Virus record (IMG/VR): IMGVR_UViG_3300049164_000065
Location: 1 to 24,870 of that record
Reading direction: 5' to 3' (one strand)
DNA length: 24,870 bases
Source of the DNA: a virus
Taxonomy: Duplodnaviria > Caudoviricetes
The notes under the pieces: model-generated
Seen by the model: the letters and a program-made list of their open reading frames with translations, nothing else
Database searches by the model: none
Told to the model about the DNA's origin: nothing
Translations under genes and position numbers: made by a program
Part shown: piece by piece, positions 24,853 through 24,870 of the stretch
Layout: each line of letters opens with the position of its first letter
How positions within the stretch are numbered: the first letter of the stretch is position 1

Positions 24853-24870
24853 CTCCCCTCCCCGACCACC
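24849..24870 (+). CDS. Possible start of the next gene, truncated by the window edge
   Basis: GTGA overlap with the previous stop and GGAAGGGG upstream. Only 7 codons are visible. Confidence 0.35.

Larger units (their letters stand above)
1..24870 (+). mobile_element. Siphovirus-type phage/prophage late region, probable Streptomyces host
   Basis: Canonical packaging-head-neck-tail-lysis synteny with no apparent pseudogenes. No integrase or att site in the window, so prophage versus free phage is undetermined. Confidence 0.92.

Noticed and set aside
1-24870. tRNA, rRNA, CRISPR array, integrase or att site
   Set aside because: None recognised. Intergenic gaps are short and accounted for by RBSs and the hairpins described.

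Overview
High-GC DNA that reads as the near-complete late (virion and lysis) region of a siphovirus or prophage of a Streptomyces-like actinomycete. The host is inferred from GC3 bias, gene families and Leu codon usage. On the + strand the order is P27-type terminase small subunit, terminase large subunit, portal, MuF-like minor head protein, scaffold, major capsid, head-tail joining genes, major tail protein, a frameshift-type tail assembly chaperone pair, a 1429-aa tape measure with an embedded NlpC/P60 domain, four minor tail proteins and a beta-helix tailspike. A four-gene lysis cassette follows (amidase-LysM endolysin, holin, membrane protein, membrane-anchored collagen-like protein). After a strong bidirectional terminator lies an accessory switch: a GntR/UTRA regulator divergent from a degenerate HATPase-fold gene carrying the only in-frame TTA codon I found, then a Cys/His-rich protein. 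The most unusual signals are non-coding. They are three tandem C-GCGAN-G hairpins, the last of which buries the scaffold SD and AUG; a two-state fold over the capsid RBS; a hairpin/pseudoknot leader before the tail chaperone; and three terminator-like hairpins with shared flanks. Together they suggest an RNA-level control layer for virion protein stoichiometry. All protein calls rest on motif recognition and synteny; no database searches were run.
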